Positions 39,160-51,064 of a DNA stretch of 64,000 nucleotides are shown in pieces. How positions within the stretch are numbered: the stretch's first letter is position 1; each line of letters starts with the position of its first letter. The stretch lies in assembly GCA_041674805.1 (NCBI GenBank), contig JBAYVA010000003.1, positions 27,029 to 91,028 on the forward strand. The letters run 5' to 3'. The stretch comes from Candidatus Magasanikiibacteriota bacterium. Its GTDB lineage: Bacteria; Patescibacteriota; Patescibacteriia; Magasanikbacterales; UBA922. Both the position numbers and the translations under genes were made by a program. The notes under the pieces are model-generated. The model did not search any database and was not told the DNA's origin. It saw only the letters and a list, made by a program, of their open reading frames with translations.

Positions 39160-40206
39160 TTACTCCCAAAGATAATTATCCAAAGCCCATTGTGCTATTC
39201 TTTTAGCTTCTGTAAATCTTTTTTCATGCTCTTTTGCTCCCAAGATAACAACATCAATTATATTACCATCCTCATTCTCTACAGATACTGTAAAATTGTA
39301 AAGAGAACTTTCAATATAACCAGTTTTACCACCGTTTATTTTCAAAGAATTTGGAACCCAACCAAGCAACAACCAATTAGTATTCCAAGCTTGTATACTT
39401 TTGTTTCTCTCTTTTGAAAAAAATTTTACTTCTTTCATATTCAAAGCTCGAGATATTTCTTCTTTGCTAAGAGCTTCTTTCAAAAGTATAGCCACATCAG
39501 AAGCTGTAGAAATATTACGAGCATCCAAACCAGTAGGTTCTACAAAAAAAGTATCTACCATACCCAAATTTAAAGCTTTTTTATTCATCAAATTTACAAA
39601 TTCTTCTCTACTTAAACCACTAGCATCTACCAAACTCAAAATAGCTTTGTTGGAAGAAGCTACCAAAGAAATATTCCACAAATCAGCTATAGTAATAGTA
39701 TCACCTCCATAAATATGATTACCACTTACTTCATCCAAAGCTACAGTAGTAGTAGCCTCCAAGTTCAAATTTAACTCTGACAAAATCAAAGCACTCATCA
39801 ACTTAGTAATACTAGCTAGAGCATGTTCTTCATAAGTATTTTTACCATACAAAATCATACCACTTTTTCTGTCCTTCACTAAAATATTAGAAGCTGTAAA
39901 TTCTGAAGCACTCAATGGTGTAGATGACGAAGATAATTTTGGTAAAATAATTTTTTCTTCTTCAAAATATACATCACCACCTATTTCTAAATTCAAATCA
40001 ACCACTTCTTCTTTTACAATAGCTACAGATTCTTGCAATCTTGGAAAAGCTAATGATAAATAATGAATTCTTTCTTGATCAAACTGATAATAAAAAAATC
40101 CTGTGGCAACAAAAAAAATTAATAAAAAAAATGTATAAAAATTTTTTTTCCAATTAGTAAAAATATAAAAAAATTTAGTTTTCTCTTTGAAATTTACTTC
40201 AATCAT
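39160..40206 (-). CDS. D-alanyl-D-alanine carboxypeptidase/endopeptidase (peptidase S11)
   Basis: ASITKLM (SxxK), SSN, GKTG. Confidence 0.9.
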   Translation of the reverse strand: MIEVNFKEKTKFFYIFTNWKKNFYTFFLLIFFVATGFFYYQFDQERIHYLSLAFPRLQESVAIVKEEVVDLNLEIGGDVYFEEEKIILPKLSSSSTPLSASEFTASNILVKDRKSGMILYGKNTYEEHALASITKLMSALILSELNLNLEATTTVALDEVSGNHIYGGDTITIADLWNISLVASSNKAILSLVDASGLSREEFVNLMNKKALNLGMVDTFFVEPTGLDARNISTASDVAILLKEALSKEEISRALNMKEVKFFSKERNKSIQAWNTNWLLLGWVPNSLKINGGKTGYIESSLYNFTVSVENEDGNIIDVVILGAKEHEKRFTEAKRIAQWALDNYLWE

Positions 40207-40208
40207 AA

Positions 40209-40760
40209 TTAATTAGTACTTAAAATGTTTTCTTCATCTTTTTTATTTTCCAACAATTCATTGCTATGCAAAGATTCATAATCTGGTAATTCAGTTATAT
40301 CACTAACACCCAAGAAACGCAAAGCATCAATAGAAAGTTCATAGACAGGTAAAAGATGCTCACTATCTTCATATTCGTTGACAAGTCCACGAATAAGTAA
40401 ATTACGCAAAATCACAGCGCAATTGACGCCTCTGATATTTTCTATTTCTGGTCTAGTAATAGGTCCACGATAAGCCACTACTGTCAAAGTCTCTAATTGT
40501 GCTTTGGTCAAATCTTCTTTGAACTCTATTTTGACAAATTTTTCTACAAATTCTGTATTATTTGGGTTACTCACCAATTGTACATTATCTTCTAATATCA
40601 CCAAATGTACACCAGAAATATCTGTATATTTATTCAAAAGAGCATCCAAAGCATTTTCTACTTCACTAAGAGAAACATCCAAAGATTTGGCAATTTTTTT
40701 TATAGACAAAGGTTTTGAAGCTACAAATAGTACTGATTCTAAAACTGAAACTATATCCAT
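40209..40760 (-). CDS. scpB: Segregation and condensation protein B
   Basis: ESVLF..LETLTVVAYRGPITRPEIENIRGV. Confidence 0.95.
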   Translation of the reverse strand: MDIVSVLESVLFVASKPLSIKKIAKSLDVSLSEVENALDALLNKYTDISGVHLVILEDNVQLVSNPNNTEFVEKFVKIEFKEDLTKAQLETLTVVAYRGPITRPEIENIRGVNCAVILRNLLIRGLVNEYEDSEHLLPVYELSIDALRFLGVSDITELPDYESLHSNELLENKKDEENILSTN

Positions 40761-40801
40761 ATTTTTTACTAATTTTAAATTTTATCCCGATTTTATCGAG
40801 A

Positions 40802-41503
40802 CTAAATTTTTGATAATTCTATATCACCAAAAGATTCATCCTGACGTAAAACTATATCATTTTGTTTAATAAGTTCCAAAACAGCCAAAAAAGAAACAAT
40901 CACTTCTGTACGAGAAGTTGCAGTTTCTATCAATTTTTTGAAGCTAACTTTTTTATTAGCTTTGAGCATTTCTTTCATTTTATCTATTTTTTCCTTTATC
41001 GTGATCGTCTTATCTATATAAGTTCTAGGCAAAGCTTTTGGAGGTTGTAATCTCTTTAACAATTGTACCATAGATTGGGACAAAGTTTCCAGTGAAAAAT
41101 TGATTGGACGTACTATTTCTGTAGCTTTCTTAATTTCTTCGATATGTGGATAAGCTGTTTTTTTTTCATCCAGCCACATTTTGTGTAGTTTATGACTAAC
41201 TTCCACAAAACGACGATACAAACGCAATTGTTCATCCAAATTAATATCACTTTCTTCATCATTATCAATTTGTGGCAATAAAGAACGAGATTTGAGCAAA
41301 AGCAATTTGGCAGCAACAACCAAAAAATCAGACAACTCCTCTGCTTCTATTTCTTCCAAACTCTCTAAATAATTCAAAAAAGGTTCTGTCACTGCAGAAA
41401 TAGATATTTCACTTATTTCCATTTTCTTTTCATCAAGCAAAGACAATAACAAATCAAGTGGACCTGAAAATTCTTTAGACTGTATTTGTAAATTATTTTT
41501 CAT
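40802..41503 (-). CDS. scpA: Segregation and condensation protein A
   Basis: FSGPLDLLL..LLLKSRSLLP..FLAVLELIK. Confidence 0.95.
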   Translation of the reverse strand: MKNNLQIQSKEFSGPLDLLLSLLDEKKMEISEISISAVTEPFLNYLESLEEIEAEELSDFLVVAAKLLLLKSRSLLPQIDNDEESDINLDEQLRLYRRFVEVSHKLHKMWLDEKKTAYPHIEEIKKATEIVRPINFSLETLSQSMVQLLKRLQPPKALPRTYIDKTITIKEKIDKMKEMLKANKKVSFKKLIETATSRTEVIVSFLAVLELIKQNDIVLRQDESFGDIELSKI

Positions 41504-42224
41504 AAACTCCAGATTTTAAGTTTTGTTTTATCTTAAACAAATCAGCCAAGATATGAAAACTGTGTTTGTACAAAGAGACACCACCTTTTTTCTTTAATAA
41601 TTTTCTATCAATAGAAACTGTTAACTCATAAATAGAATATTTATAAATAACAGCTATAATAAAAAGCTCAATATCAAATACCCAACGAAAAGTAGTCACT
41701 CGTGAAAAAATAGATTGAAAAACTTCGGTTCTAAAAAATTTGAAACCACACTGAGTATCTTGAAAATTAGTAACTTCTCTTGGTATAAAAAGTCTAAATA
41801 TCTTTCTCATCACTGATCTATAAAAACTATACTGCTTTTCTTCATTTTCTTTTCTACTGCCCACTACAATATCATATTTTGACAAATTTGTCTGCACTTC
41901 CAATAGTTTAGATAAACCGTAAGGTAATTCTGCATCAGTAAAACCCACAAAGCTACTGTCCCCCTTCACATATTTACTAGCATATTTTATTGCATAACCT
42001 TTTCCTTTGTTTACTTCGTAACCACAAATAATAATTGGCAAAATTTCATTTTTAATTTTGAAATCTTGTAATAACTCTTGTGTTTTGTCGATACTACCAT
42101 CATTGACAAAAATTACCTGACATAAAATATCAGAATTATTCACAAAATCCAAAATTTTACTAAAAGTACTAGATAAAACTTCTGCTCCATTGTAAACAGG
42201 AATTATCAAAACAATATTAGACAT
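41493..42224 (-). CDS. GT2 polyprenol-phosphate glycosyltransferase
   Basis: IPVYN, VNDGS.D, GKGYA, DTQCGFKFF, FDIE. Confidence 0.88.
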   Translation of the reverse strand: MSNIVLIIPVYNGAEVLSSTFSKILDFVNNSDILCQVIFVNDGSIDKTQELLQDFKIKNEILPIIICGYEVNKGKGYAIKYASKYVKGDSSFVGFTDAELPYGLSKLLEVQTNLSKYDIVVGSRKENEEKQYSFYRSVMRKIFRLFIPREVTNFQDTQCGFKFFRTEVFQSIFSRVTTFRWVFDIELFIIAVIYKYSIYELTVSIDRKLLKKKGGVSLYKHSFHILADLFKIKQNLKSGVYEK

Positions 42225-42228
42225 ATAT

Positions 42229-43704
42229 TTAGTCTCCTTTATATTTTAAACTTTCTTCGCTATTATCTACAACAACAAATTTCATATTAGTATTATCCCA
42301 AATTAATAATAAATTACCTTCTTTATAATATTTATCAAAAGCCTTGTCCCATTTTATCTCTGAATCCCACTTGTCTAACTGCAAAATATGGTCAGAAGAA
42401 ACATACTGAGCATACATATATATATAATACTGATTACTAAAAAATGGATAAGCTTGTACAATTATGACTTTATTGGATTTTTCAATTTGTGGCTTTAATT
42501 CTGTAAATGAATTTATCATACCATACATTTGTTTTTGTAAATAATTGTACTCTCTAAATAAAATTTTAGACTGATAAAAATTGAAGATCAAATATATCGC
42601 TACAAAAAAAACAACCAAAAATTTTCCAACTTTTTTTTTCTCTAACTTAGTAAATATTATTGTCAAAAACAAAGACCATCCTACAGCGGGCAAATATGAG
42701 TAACGTCCTTGTACAATGGCATGCCAAGAACCAAAATAGAAAAAAACCAAAGGTAAAAAAGTGATAATAATAAAAGAAATTGCGTACCAATAAATATCCC
42801 AAGATTTTTTAGTTTTATAAAAATAAACAGTAGTAGAAAATAAGATCAATAAAAATATATAAAAAAAATAAATATTGTCCAATACAAGTCTGACTGAAGG
42901 CTCATAAATTAAAGCAAACATGGACATTACTAATATGTAAAAAGCTCTTATATCTATTTTATACACCCCCTGATCAATCCAGATAGAATTTTTTTGTACT
43001 AAATAACTATAAATAAACAAAAAAACAGCGACTATAAAAAAATAAAATAAATCCCTAATATACTTTTTATTAAAAAAATTTTTGTGGTTTATTTTGCTTA
43101 AAAAAACATAAGTCAAAGGCACCAAGGCAAAGGCTACAATTCCATTTTCTTTAGTTAAAAAAGCAAATAAAGCCGATAGCAAAGAAAGAAATAAAAATAT
43201 ATTTTTGGTAACCACTTTGTCTTCTGCAAAATATTTTTGATAAAAAAGTAAAGACAATAATACAAATGTAGACACCAACACATGCATTATAGAACTAATC
43301 CAAACTTTAGTCTCAAAACTAAAAGTGGATGTCATAAAAATTAAAGAGGCTAAAAGAGATGCCCATTTTGATTTTGAAATTTTTTGCAAAAACAAAAAAA
43401 CCAAAAAACCATTTAGACCATGAAGAAGTAATACACCCACATGATACATCTTATAACTATACGGGAAAAAAGATTGGCCAATATAAAAAAACAAATTTAC
43501 AAAAAAAGAATAGAAAGTTGTGACTTTGAGATGAAACAACTGCCAAAAATCATTTTTTATAATATTACCAAATTCTAACCAATTATAATCATCCGATAGA
43601 AAAAAATTATTAATTGTATAATAATAAAAAAATAAAGAAAACGACAAGAAAAAAAACAAATATTTTATATAGAAAAAAATTCTTTTTTTTACTAGGTTAG
43701 ACAT
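42229..43704 (-). CDS. Multi-TM GT-C-fold glycosyltransferase-like protein
   Basis: FLSDDY loop, LLLH..N, TKE, RYSYLP; about 11 TM helices; adjacent to GT2. Confidence 0.7.
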   Translation of the reverse strand: MSNLVKKRIFFYIKYLFFFLSFSLFFYYYTINNFFLSDDYNWLEFGNIIKNDFWQLFHLKVTTFYSFFVNLFFYIGQSFFPYSYKMYHVGVLLLHGLNGFLVFLFLQKISKSKWASLLASLIFMTSTFSFETKVWISSIMHVLVSTFVLLSLLFYQKYFAEDKVVTKNIFLFLSLLSALFAFLTKENGIVAFALVPLTYVFLSKINHKNFFNKKYIRDLFYFFIVAVFLFIYSYLVQKNSIWIDQGVYKIDIRAFYILVMSMFALIYEPSVRLVLDNIYFFYIFLLILFSTTVYFYKTKKSWDIYWYAISFIIITFLPLVFFYFGSWHAIVQGRYSYLPAVGWSLFLTIIFTKLEKKKVGKFLVVFFVAIYLIFNFYQSKILFREYNYLQKQMYGMINSFTELKPQIEKSNKVIIVQAYPFFSNQYYIYMYAQYVSSDHILQLDKWDSEIKWDKAFDKYYKEGNLLLIWDNTNMKFVVVDNSEESLKYKGD

Positions 43705-43946
43705 AATAATACAAAATTAAAAAATAAAACAAATACTTTTATTCTATTATTTTAACAAAAGAAAAAATCATTTTAAGTTAGAGATTATAATTTATAGAGT
43801 CTAAAATTTCTAAAGTATAACTACAAAAATTAATTACAAAAAATGTGTCTTAATATCAAAAACTTAACTAAAACAAAAAGACTATAGAATATAGACTTTA
43901 GTCAACTGTCTATAGTCTTTTTGCAAATAAATATTTTCAAAAACTT

Positions 43947-45713
43947 TTATACCGTTTTTTTCACTTCAATGCTAAGTTCTTTCAATTGCTCTGGTGTAGC
44001 TTCTGATGGACTACCAACCATTGGTTCTTCTGCTCTTTGATTTTTTGGAAAAGGAACTACAGTACGAATATTTTTTTCTCCCAAAAGTAACATTGTCATA
44101 CGCTCAATTCCCGGCGCAAAACCACAGTGAGGTGGAACACCATAAGAAAAAGCTTGAATCATGTGACCAAATTTTTTGTCCACTACATCTGGACCGTAAC
44201 CAGCTATTTCAAAAGCTTTATACATAACATCAGGATAAGTATTGCGGACACCACCAGAAGAAAGCTCAAGACCATTGGCAATAATATCATATTGTTCAGC
44301 AACAATATCTAATGGGTCAGAATTTTGTAAAGCTTCCATACCACCTTGTGGTAAAGAAAAAGGATTGTGACCAAAATCAATTTTGCCAGTTTCTGGATTT
44401 TTTTCGTACATTGGGAAATCAACTATCCAAGCCCAAGCAATAATATTTGGATCAAGCAAATTCAATTTGTCAGCTACAAGAGTTCTCACAGCACCCAATG
44501 CTTTGGCAGAAGTTTCCCAATCATCGGCACCAAAAAATATTATACAATTTTCTTCTATTTTTAATAAAGATTTTAATTCTGCAAGTTGTGCTTCATCAAA
44601 AAACTTAGCAACTCCGCCATCAAAATTACCATCAACATACTTGGTCCAGGCTAAACCTTTGGCATGAGCACGCTTAGCTACATCAGTAAATTCTTCATCA
44701 ATTTCTTTACGAGAAAAAACTTCGCCTTTTGCTACGACCATAGCACGCACAAATTCAGCACTAGAAAAAACTTGAAAACTAGTTTTGTGAGCCCAGTCAC
44801 TAATATTTTTTATTTCCAAATCACAGCGTAAATCTGGTCTGTCTGAACCATATTTTTCAATCGCTTCACGAAATGGAATACGTGGAAAAGGTTTACTTAA
44901 AACTTTTTTGGTTGTTAAATTTTCTGTAAGTTCAATAAAAAGTGGCTCCATCAATTGGAAAAATTCTTCTTTTTCCATAAAACTGACTTCACAATCTAGT
45001 TGGTAAAATTCACCAGGACTTCTGTCTGCTCTTGGATCTTCATCACGCATACAAGGAGCGACTTGGTAATATCTGTCCATACCACCAACCATGAGCAATT
45101 GTTTATATTGTTGTGGTGCTTGTGGCAAAGCATAAAATTTACCAGGATGAATACGAGATGGCACCAAGAAATCACGTGCACCTTCTGGTGAACTCACTGT
45201 CAAAATTGGAGTAGCAATATCCAAAAAATCACGTGATTCCAAAAAATCACGCATATACTTCACCATTTTTGTTCTAAAAATTAAATTTTGTTTTAGTTTT
45301 TCACGACGTAATTCAAGAAAACGATATTTGAGACGAAGTTCTTCATCATCTTCACCTTTGTTGGTTTCAAAAATTTCAAAAGGCATTGGTTTAGCTTCAC
45401 TCAAAATTCTTATTTCAGTTGCTACCATTTCAATCTCACCTGTACTCAAATCTTTGTTAACATTCTTTTCATCACGAGCTTCAATACGACCCTTAACTGA
45501 AATCACATACTCATATTTCAATTTTTCAGCCAAAGAAAAATCTGCCATATTGTCTGGATTGAAAACAATCTGAGTAATACCATATCTATCACGCAAATCA
45601 ATAAAAACAAGACTACCCAAATCACGACGACGATGTACCCAGCCAGCCAAAATTACTTCTTCCCCCACATTTGTTTTTTTTAATTCCCCACAATTTTTTG
45701 TTCTGTATGACAT
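43947..45713 (-). CDS. aspS: Aspartate-tRNA ligase
   Basis: GWVHRRRDLG..DLRD, PEGARDFLV, QAPQQYKQ, PPHCGFAPGIER. Confidence 0.97.
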   Translation of the reverse strand: MSYRTKNCGELKKTNVGEEVILAGWVHRRRDLGSLVFIDLRDRYGITQIVFNPDNMADFSLAEKLKYEYVISVKGRIEARDEKNVNKDLSTGEIEMVATEIRILSEAKPMPFEIFETNKGEDDEELRLKYRFLELRREKLKQNLIFRTKMVKYMRDFLESRDFLDIATPILTVSSPEGARDFLVPSRIHPGKFYALPQAPQQYKQLLMVGGMDRYYQVAPCMRDEDPRADRSPGEFYQLDCEVSFMEKEEFFQLMEPLFIELTENLTTKKVLSKPFPRIPFREAIEKYGSDRPDLRCDLEIKNISDWAHKTSFQVFSSAEFVRAMVVAKGEVFSRKEIDEEFTDVAKRAHAKGLAWTKYVDGNFDGGVAKFFDEAQLAELKSLLKIEENCIIFFGADDWETSAKALGAVRTLVADKLNLLDPNIIAWAWIVDFPMYEKNPETGKIDFGHNPFSLPQGGMEALQNSDPLDIVAEQYDIIANGLELSSGGVRNTYPDVMYKAFEIAGYGPDVVDKKFGHMIQAFSYGVPPHCGFAPGIERMTMLLLGEKNIRTVVPFPKNQRAEEPMVGSPSEATPEQLKELSIEVKKTV

Positions 45714-45714
45714 A

Positions 45715-45797
45715 CTTTTAAATGCTTGTCCGCCCAAGGCGGATCCGCCTGGGGCGGAAAATGCCTAAAATGCTTAAAAAGCTTAAAGGCTTAAATT
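45715..45797. repeat. 9-mer tandem tract interrupted by a GC-rich double hairpin tccgcccaaggcggatccgcctggggcgga
   Basis: Near-perfect 30-bp palindrome at 45729-45758 inside aaatgctta-type repeats. Confidence 0.75.
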
Positions 45798-45971
45798 ACT
45801 TAATTAGTTTAGCAAGATATTACATATAAATCAAGAGCTTTTAAGATAAAAACTATTTGCCAAAAAAACATACTTTAACTCAAATATTTTAAAACATTAA
45901 TTATAAAATAAAAAAATATTAGCTTAATTAAGCCAATATTTTTTATATTTATAACAAATTTTGATATAAAA

Positions 45972-48026
45972 TTACAACTCGTCTAAACTCTTCAAAAAAC
46001 TCCTCACCGCTGGCTTTTCATCACCCAAAGCCTCATAAGTCACATCATCCACATCGTCCGACGGATCAAAAAAAGCACTGGAACTACTACTGTCTATCAT
46101 ATTTATTTCCAATAAAGCATTGTCAATTTCTTCTAGAAAAATACTAGGACCCTGCAACAAACTATAAGAACTACTAACAAGCGGATAAGTGATGTAAAGA
46201 TATTTTTTGGCGCGAGTAACAGCGACATAAAAAAGACGACGTTCTTCTTCTAGTTCTTTACTACTTCCAGTGGATCTTTCATTGGGAAATTGTCCAGCTG
46301 AAACGTTCAAAATAAACACAGCGTCCCACTCCAGACCTTTGGCTTGATGAACTGTTGAAAGTACAATCTGTTCATCGTCTTTGTGACTATTTTCGGTTTG
46401 TTTATTATTATAATTTTCTTGCAAACTTGCTTCACCTAGAAATCTATCAAGTGCTTGCGACTCTTCCAACTTAAGGTAACTATCAGCAAACACAGCTAAC
46501 TGCTCCAAATCTTGCAAGCGCTCACGATAATCTGGATATTCACTTTCCAAATATTCCAAATATTTTGATTTCAAAATTCCCCGAATCAGATCACTTGGAA
46601 ATTTTTTGCCAGAACTTTGCATAGTATTAAACACACTAAGAAAATCTGACCAACCAATCTTGGCGCGAGCAGACAATGAAATAGAAATACTAGCTAAAAT
46701 GTCATTAACATTTTCTTGCGCTATCGCAATTTGACTATACAATTTTTCAGCGCTAGCCGGACCAATACCAACTTGCATATTAAGCACACGACTCCACGCT
46801 ACACTATCATTTTTATTGTTTAGAATTCTCAAATAAGCCAAAACATCTTTGACATGAGCACGCTCAAAAAATCTAGTACCCCCACGATAATCATAAGGAA
46901 TATCACGTTTGGCAAGTTCCATTTCCAATGCTTGTGAGTGAAATGCAGCGCGAAAAAGTACGGCTATTTTATTTAGTCCTACTCCTTCATCACGCAATTC
47001 CAAAATACGCTGTGCAATAAATTCAGCTTCTTCACTACTCTCACTAAAAGCATGTACTTCTGGTTTGGCAAAAGCAGCGATGACACTACGTAATTCTTTT
47101 TTGTATTGATTTTTGTTATTGGCTATTACTTCATTGGCTACACTCAAAATTTCTGGAGTAGAACGATAATTTGTTTCTAGTTTATAAATCTTGGCCTCTG
47201 GATAATGCTTTTCAAAATCAAGAATATTTTGGATATCAGCCGCGCGAAAAGAATAAATACTTTGAGCATCATCCCCCACTACCAAAATATTTTTGTGATG
47301 ACTAGCAAAAAGCTCAATAACTGAAGCTTGGATTCTATTGGTATCTTGATATTCGTCCACCAAAACATATTTGAATTTTTCTGAATATTTTTTTCTAATA
47401 TGTTCATTTTTGTACAACAGCAAAAATAGATTGACGAGCAAATCATCGAAGTCCATGACATTGGCATTCAATTTTCTTTTTGAATATTCTTGTGCAATAC
47501 GACCCAAGACTTCATCCAAATCTACCCAATTAGGATATTTTTGTTCCAAAACATCTTTGACAGTAATTTTGGCATTACGAGAATAACTGATAATAGATTG
47601 GATGACATTTGGTGAAGGAAAACGACGTTCTTTTTTATCCACGCCTTCTTGCTTGATACAAATTTTTAGCATATCACGAGAATCCTCCGAATCAAGAATA
47701 GAAAAATTGTTTTGATAACCAAGTAATGGTGCATACTGACGTAAAATTTTATAAGCCACCCGATGAAAAGTACCAGACCAAGGCATTTTTATTTTGCCAC
47801 CAGTCAACTGACTCACTCTTTCAGTCATTTCTTTGGCAGCTTTGTTGGTAAAAGTGAGAAGCAAAATTTGATCAGGTTCAATACAGTGTTCAAGCAAGTA
47901 CGCCACGCGATAAGTAATAGTGCGTGTTTTTCCAGAACCTGCTCCAGCCAAAACCAAACAAGGGCCATCACTGTTATGGATGACCTCGAGTTGTTCTTGA
48001 TTTAATTCTTCAGCAAAATTTAGCAT
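45972..48026 (-). CDS. UvrD/PcrA-family ATP-dependent helicase
   Basis: AGAGSGKT, DEYQDTN, GDDAQSIY, TVHQAKGLEW, YVAVTRA. Confidence 0.93.
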   Translation of the reverse strand: MLNFAEELNQEQLEVIHNSDGPCLVLAGAGSGKTRTITYRVAYLLEHCIEPDQILLLTFTNKAAKEMTERVSQLTGGKIKMPWSGTFHRVAYKILRQYAPLLGYQNNFSILDSEDSRDMLKICIKQEGVDKKERRFPSPNVIQSIISYSRNAKITVKDVLEQKYPNWVDLDEVLGRIAQEYSKRKLNANVMDFDDLLVNLFLLLYKNEHIRKKYSEKFKYVLVDEYQDTNRIQASVIELFASHHKNILVVGDDAQSIYSFRAADIQNILDFEKHYPEAKIYKLETNYRSTPEILSVANEVIANNKNQYKKELRSVIAAFAKPEVHAFSESSEEAEFIAQRILELRDEGVGLNKIAVLFRAAFHSQALEMELAKRDIPYDYRGGTRFFERAHVKDVLAYLRILNNKNDSVAWSRVLNMQVGIGPASAEKLYSQIAIAQENVNDILASISISLSARAKIGWSDFLSVFNTMQSSGKKFPSDLIRGILKSKYLEYLESEYPDYRERLQDLEQLAVFADSYLKLEESQALDRFLGEASLQENYNNKQTENSHKDDEQIVLSTVHQAKGLEWDAVFILNVSAGQFPNERSTGSSKELEEERRLFYVAVTRAKKYLYITYPLVSSSYSLLQGPSIFLEEIDNALLEINMIDSSSSSAFFDPSDDVDDVTYEALGDEKPAVRSFLKSLDEL

Positions 48027-48030
48027 GTTA

Positions 48031-48861
48031 TTATCTCATTTTTTCAATATAATCCTTTAATAACCTTATCAATTTAGATTTAATCTCTGTAAAAGTTGTT
48101 TTGTCTTTAACACGACAAGATAAATCCTCACCAGATTTTAAAGTCAAAGTAACATCATACCAATTAGTACTAGTTTTAATAATATTATAAGAATCAATTT
48201 CACCTATATTTTTCAAAGCTTGTTCTATACGATTTTCAGTACTTTCTTTAGCAGATAATTCCTCTTGTTTTTTAACACTCATACTTCTTTCCAAATCTCT
48301 TATAGCTTTTATACCATGAACCATTCTTCTACCTTTGTCAGTTAATATATACTTATCATTATCATTTTTTTCTATCAAATTTCTTTCGAGAAGACTTTCT
48401 AACTCTTCTTCACCTATCATTTCTTTAAAAAATAAATCAGCAACAAGTATTCTAATATCAGAATCATTTATTTGAATAATAGCATGGTGACCATCTAAGG
48501 CTTCTAACCATTGTCGTCTTGCAGTATCCAATGGAGTTTTTGCTTTTGGTTTTTTTCCTGCAGTAGATCTATCTACTTTAGGCATTTCTCTTTTATGTCC
48601 TTTTGGATTAACAGCTTCTTCGGTAGGAGATACTAACATTGCTTTATCTGTCAAATTACCATTCTCATCAACAAAACCATTTTCAATAGCCTCAGCCAAT
48701 TCACTATTATAACTACCAACTTCTCCATAATTTCCTATTTTTTTACCATATAATGAGACTTTCAATTTCACACTATCACCATAACCAGAAAAACCCATAA
48801 ATTCATTACTATCACCAAGATAATGAGAAATCTCCAAATAATGTTCTTTACTTTCAGACAT
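48031..48861 (-). CDS. Hypothetical protein (contains wHTH-like LTDKG segments)
   Basis: Long ORF with its own promoter; no family recognised. Confidence 0.6.
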   Translation of the reverse strand: MSESKEHYLEISHYLGDSNEFMGFSGYGDSVKLKVSLYGKKIGNYGEVGSYNSELAEAIENGFVDENGNLTDKAMLVSPTEEAVNPKGHKREMPKVDRSTAGKKPKAKTPLDTARRQWLEALDGHHAIIQINDSDIRILVADLFFKEMIGEEELESLLERNLIEKNDNDKYILTDKGRRMVHGIKAIRDLERSMSVKKQEELSAKESTENRIEQALKNIGEIDSYNIIKTSTNWYDVTLTLKSGEDLSCRVKDKTTFTEIKSKLIRLLKDYIEKMR

Positions 48862-48890
48862 ATTCAAAAAATTAAAAATAAACTGTGCTA

Positions 48891-49776
48891 ATACTAACAC
48901 ATCTTGATTTTTCTTTCAAAAAATTATTCTAAAACTAAAACCAAACTTTGACCATTTGGGACATCACCATCATTCCAATCATGCATAGATGCCAGCAAAT
49001 TATCAAAAGAATATAAAAAATTTGCCCCATTTTTTGTACCCGGATCATTGGTAATAAAACCTTTTTCATTGTAACCTTTTATAATCAAAGCATGATATAC
49101 AGGCCCACCATTATTAAAATTAGGATTTTCCAAAGATTTACCATCCAATAAAGCTACCAATAATTTACCATCTACTAAAAATTGTTGTAATTGTTCTTTT
49201 GTTGGTTCATAAACAATTTTCAATTTATAATCAAAAAAATTTTCAGCCAATTCTTTTACTTTGGTAGAGACAATACTTCCTCCCCAACCTTGTTGTTGTT
49301 CCCAATTTACCATTTCTATAATTTTTTCTTTGACAAATTTGATATTCAAATCATAATTATTGTAATAAGCATCAAGCATGATAAGAGATACTTCTTCACA
49401 AGCATCTTGCCAAGGTTGATCCCAATTTTTTTCTGGAGCCTGACTACTAAAAGGTACAATTTGATTAATTTGTTCTGGCAAAGCTATTTCCTGAGGATAA
49501 TCTACTAGCATTTCTCCATTGTCTATTTTTTTTTCAGTTGAAGTCACATTTGTAAAAACTTCATTCTCAATTTCCAAAGTAGAAGTAGAAAATTGAGAAA
49601 CAATCACAGGAGCATAAACAAAATCACTTTTTAACTTCAAAACATTCACAAATATCTCACTCAACAAAAAATACAAGATAATGACTAATCCAAAAAAAGA
49701 TATAATTTTCAAAAGTTTTACAAACATAGTACTATTTATACTTATATACTACCACAGCTTGATTTTTCTTTCAAAA
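48891..49776 (-). repeat. 31-bp direct repeats (29/31 identical) containing a sigma70 promoter TTGAAA-17-TAGTAT, flanking the C39 peptidase gene
   Basis: 48891-48921 and 49746-49776. Confidence 0.8.
48924..49727 (-). CDS. Membrane-anchored C39-like cysteine peptidase
   Basis: VPFSSQAP..WQDACEE, YHALIIKGY, NDPG. Confidence 0.8.
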   Translation of the reverse strand: MFVKLLKIISFFGLVIILYFLLSEIFVNVLKLKSDFVYAPVIVSQFSTSTLEIENEVFTNVTSTEKKIDNGEMLVDYPQEIALPEQINQIVPFSSQAPEKNWDQPWQDACEEVSLIMLDAYYNNYDLNIKFVKEKIIEMVNWEQQQGWGGSIVSTKVKELAENFFDYKLKIVYEPTKEQLQQFLVDGKLLVALLDGKSLENPNFNNGGPVYHALIIKGYNEKGFITNDPGTKNGANFLYSFDNLLASMHDWNDGDVPNGQSLVLVLE

Positions 49777-49789
49777 TAAGCTAAGATAA

Positions 49790-50977
<1,188 letters not shown>

Positions 50978-50980
50978 AGG

Positions 50981-51050
50981 TACATTCGAATTACGAATTC
51001 TTTCGAATGTACGAATTCGAATATTCGTAAGAGTTCGTAATTCAAATGTA
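50981..51050. repeat. Inverted 8-mer (tacgaatt/ttcgaat) repeat array
   Basis: tacattcgaattacgaattctt versus aagagttcgtaattcaaatgta. Confidence 0.75.
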
Positions 51051-51064
51051 AAATTACAAATACT

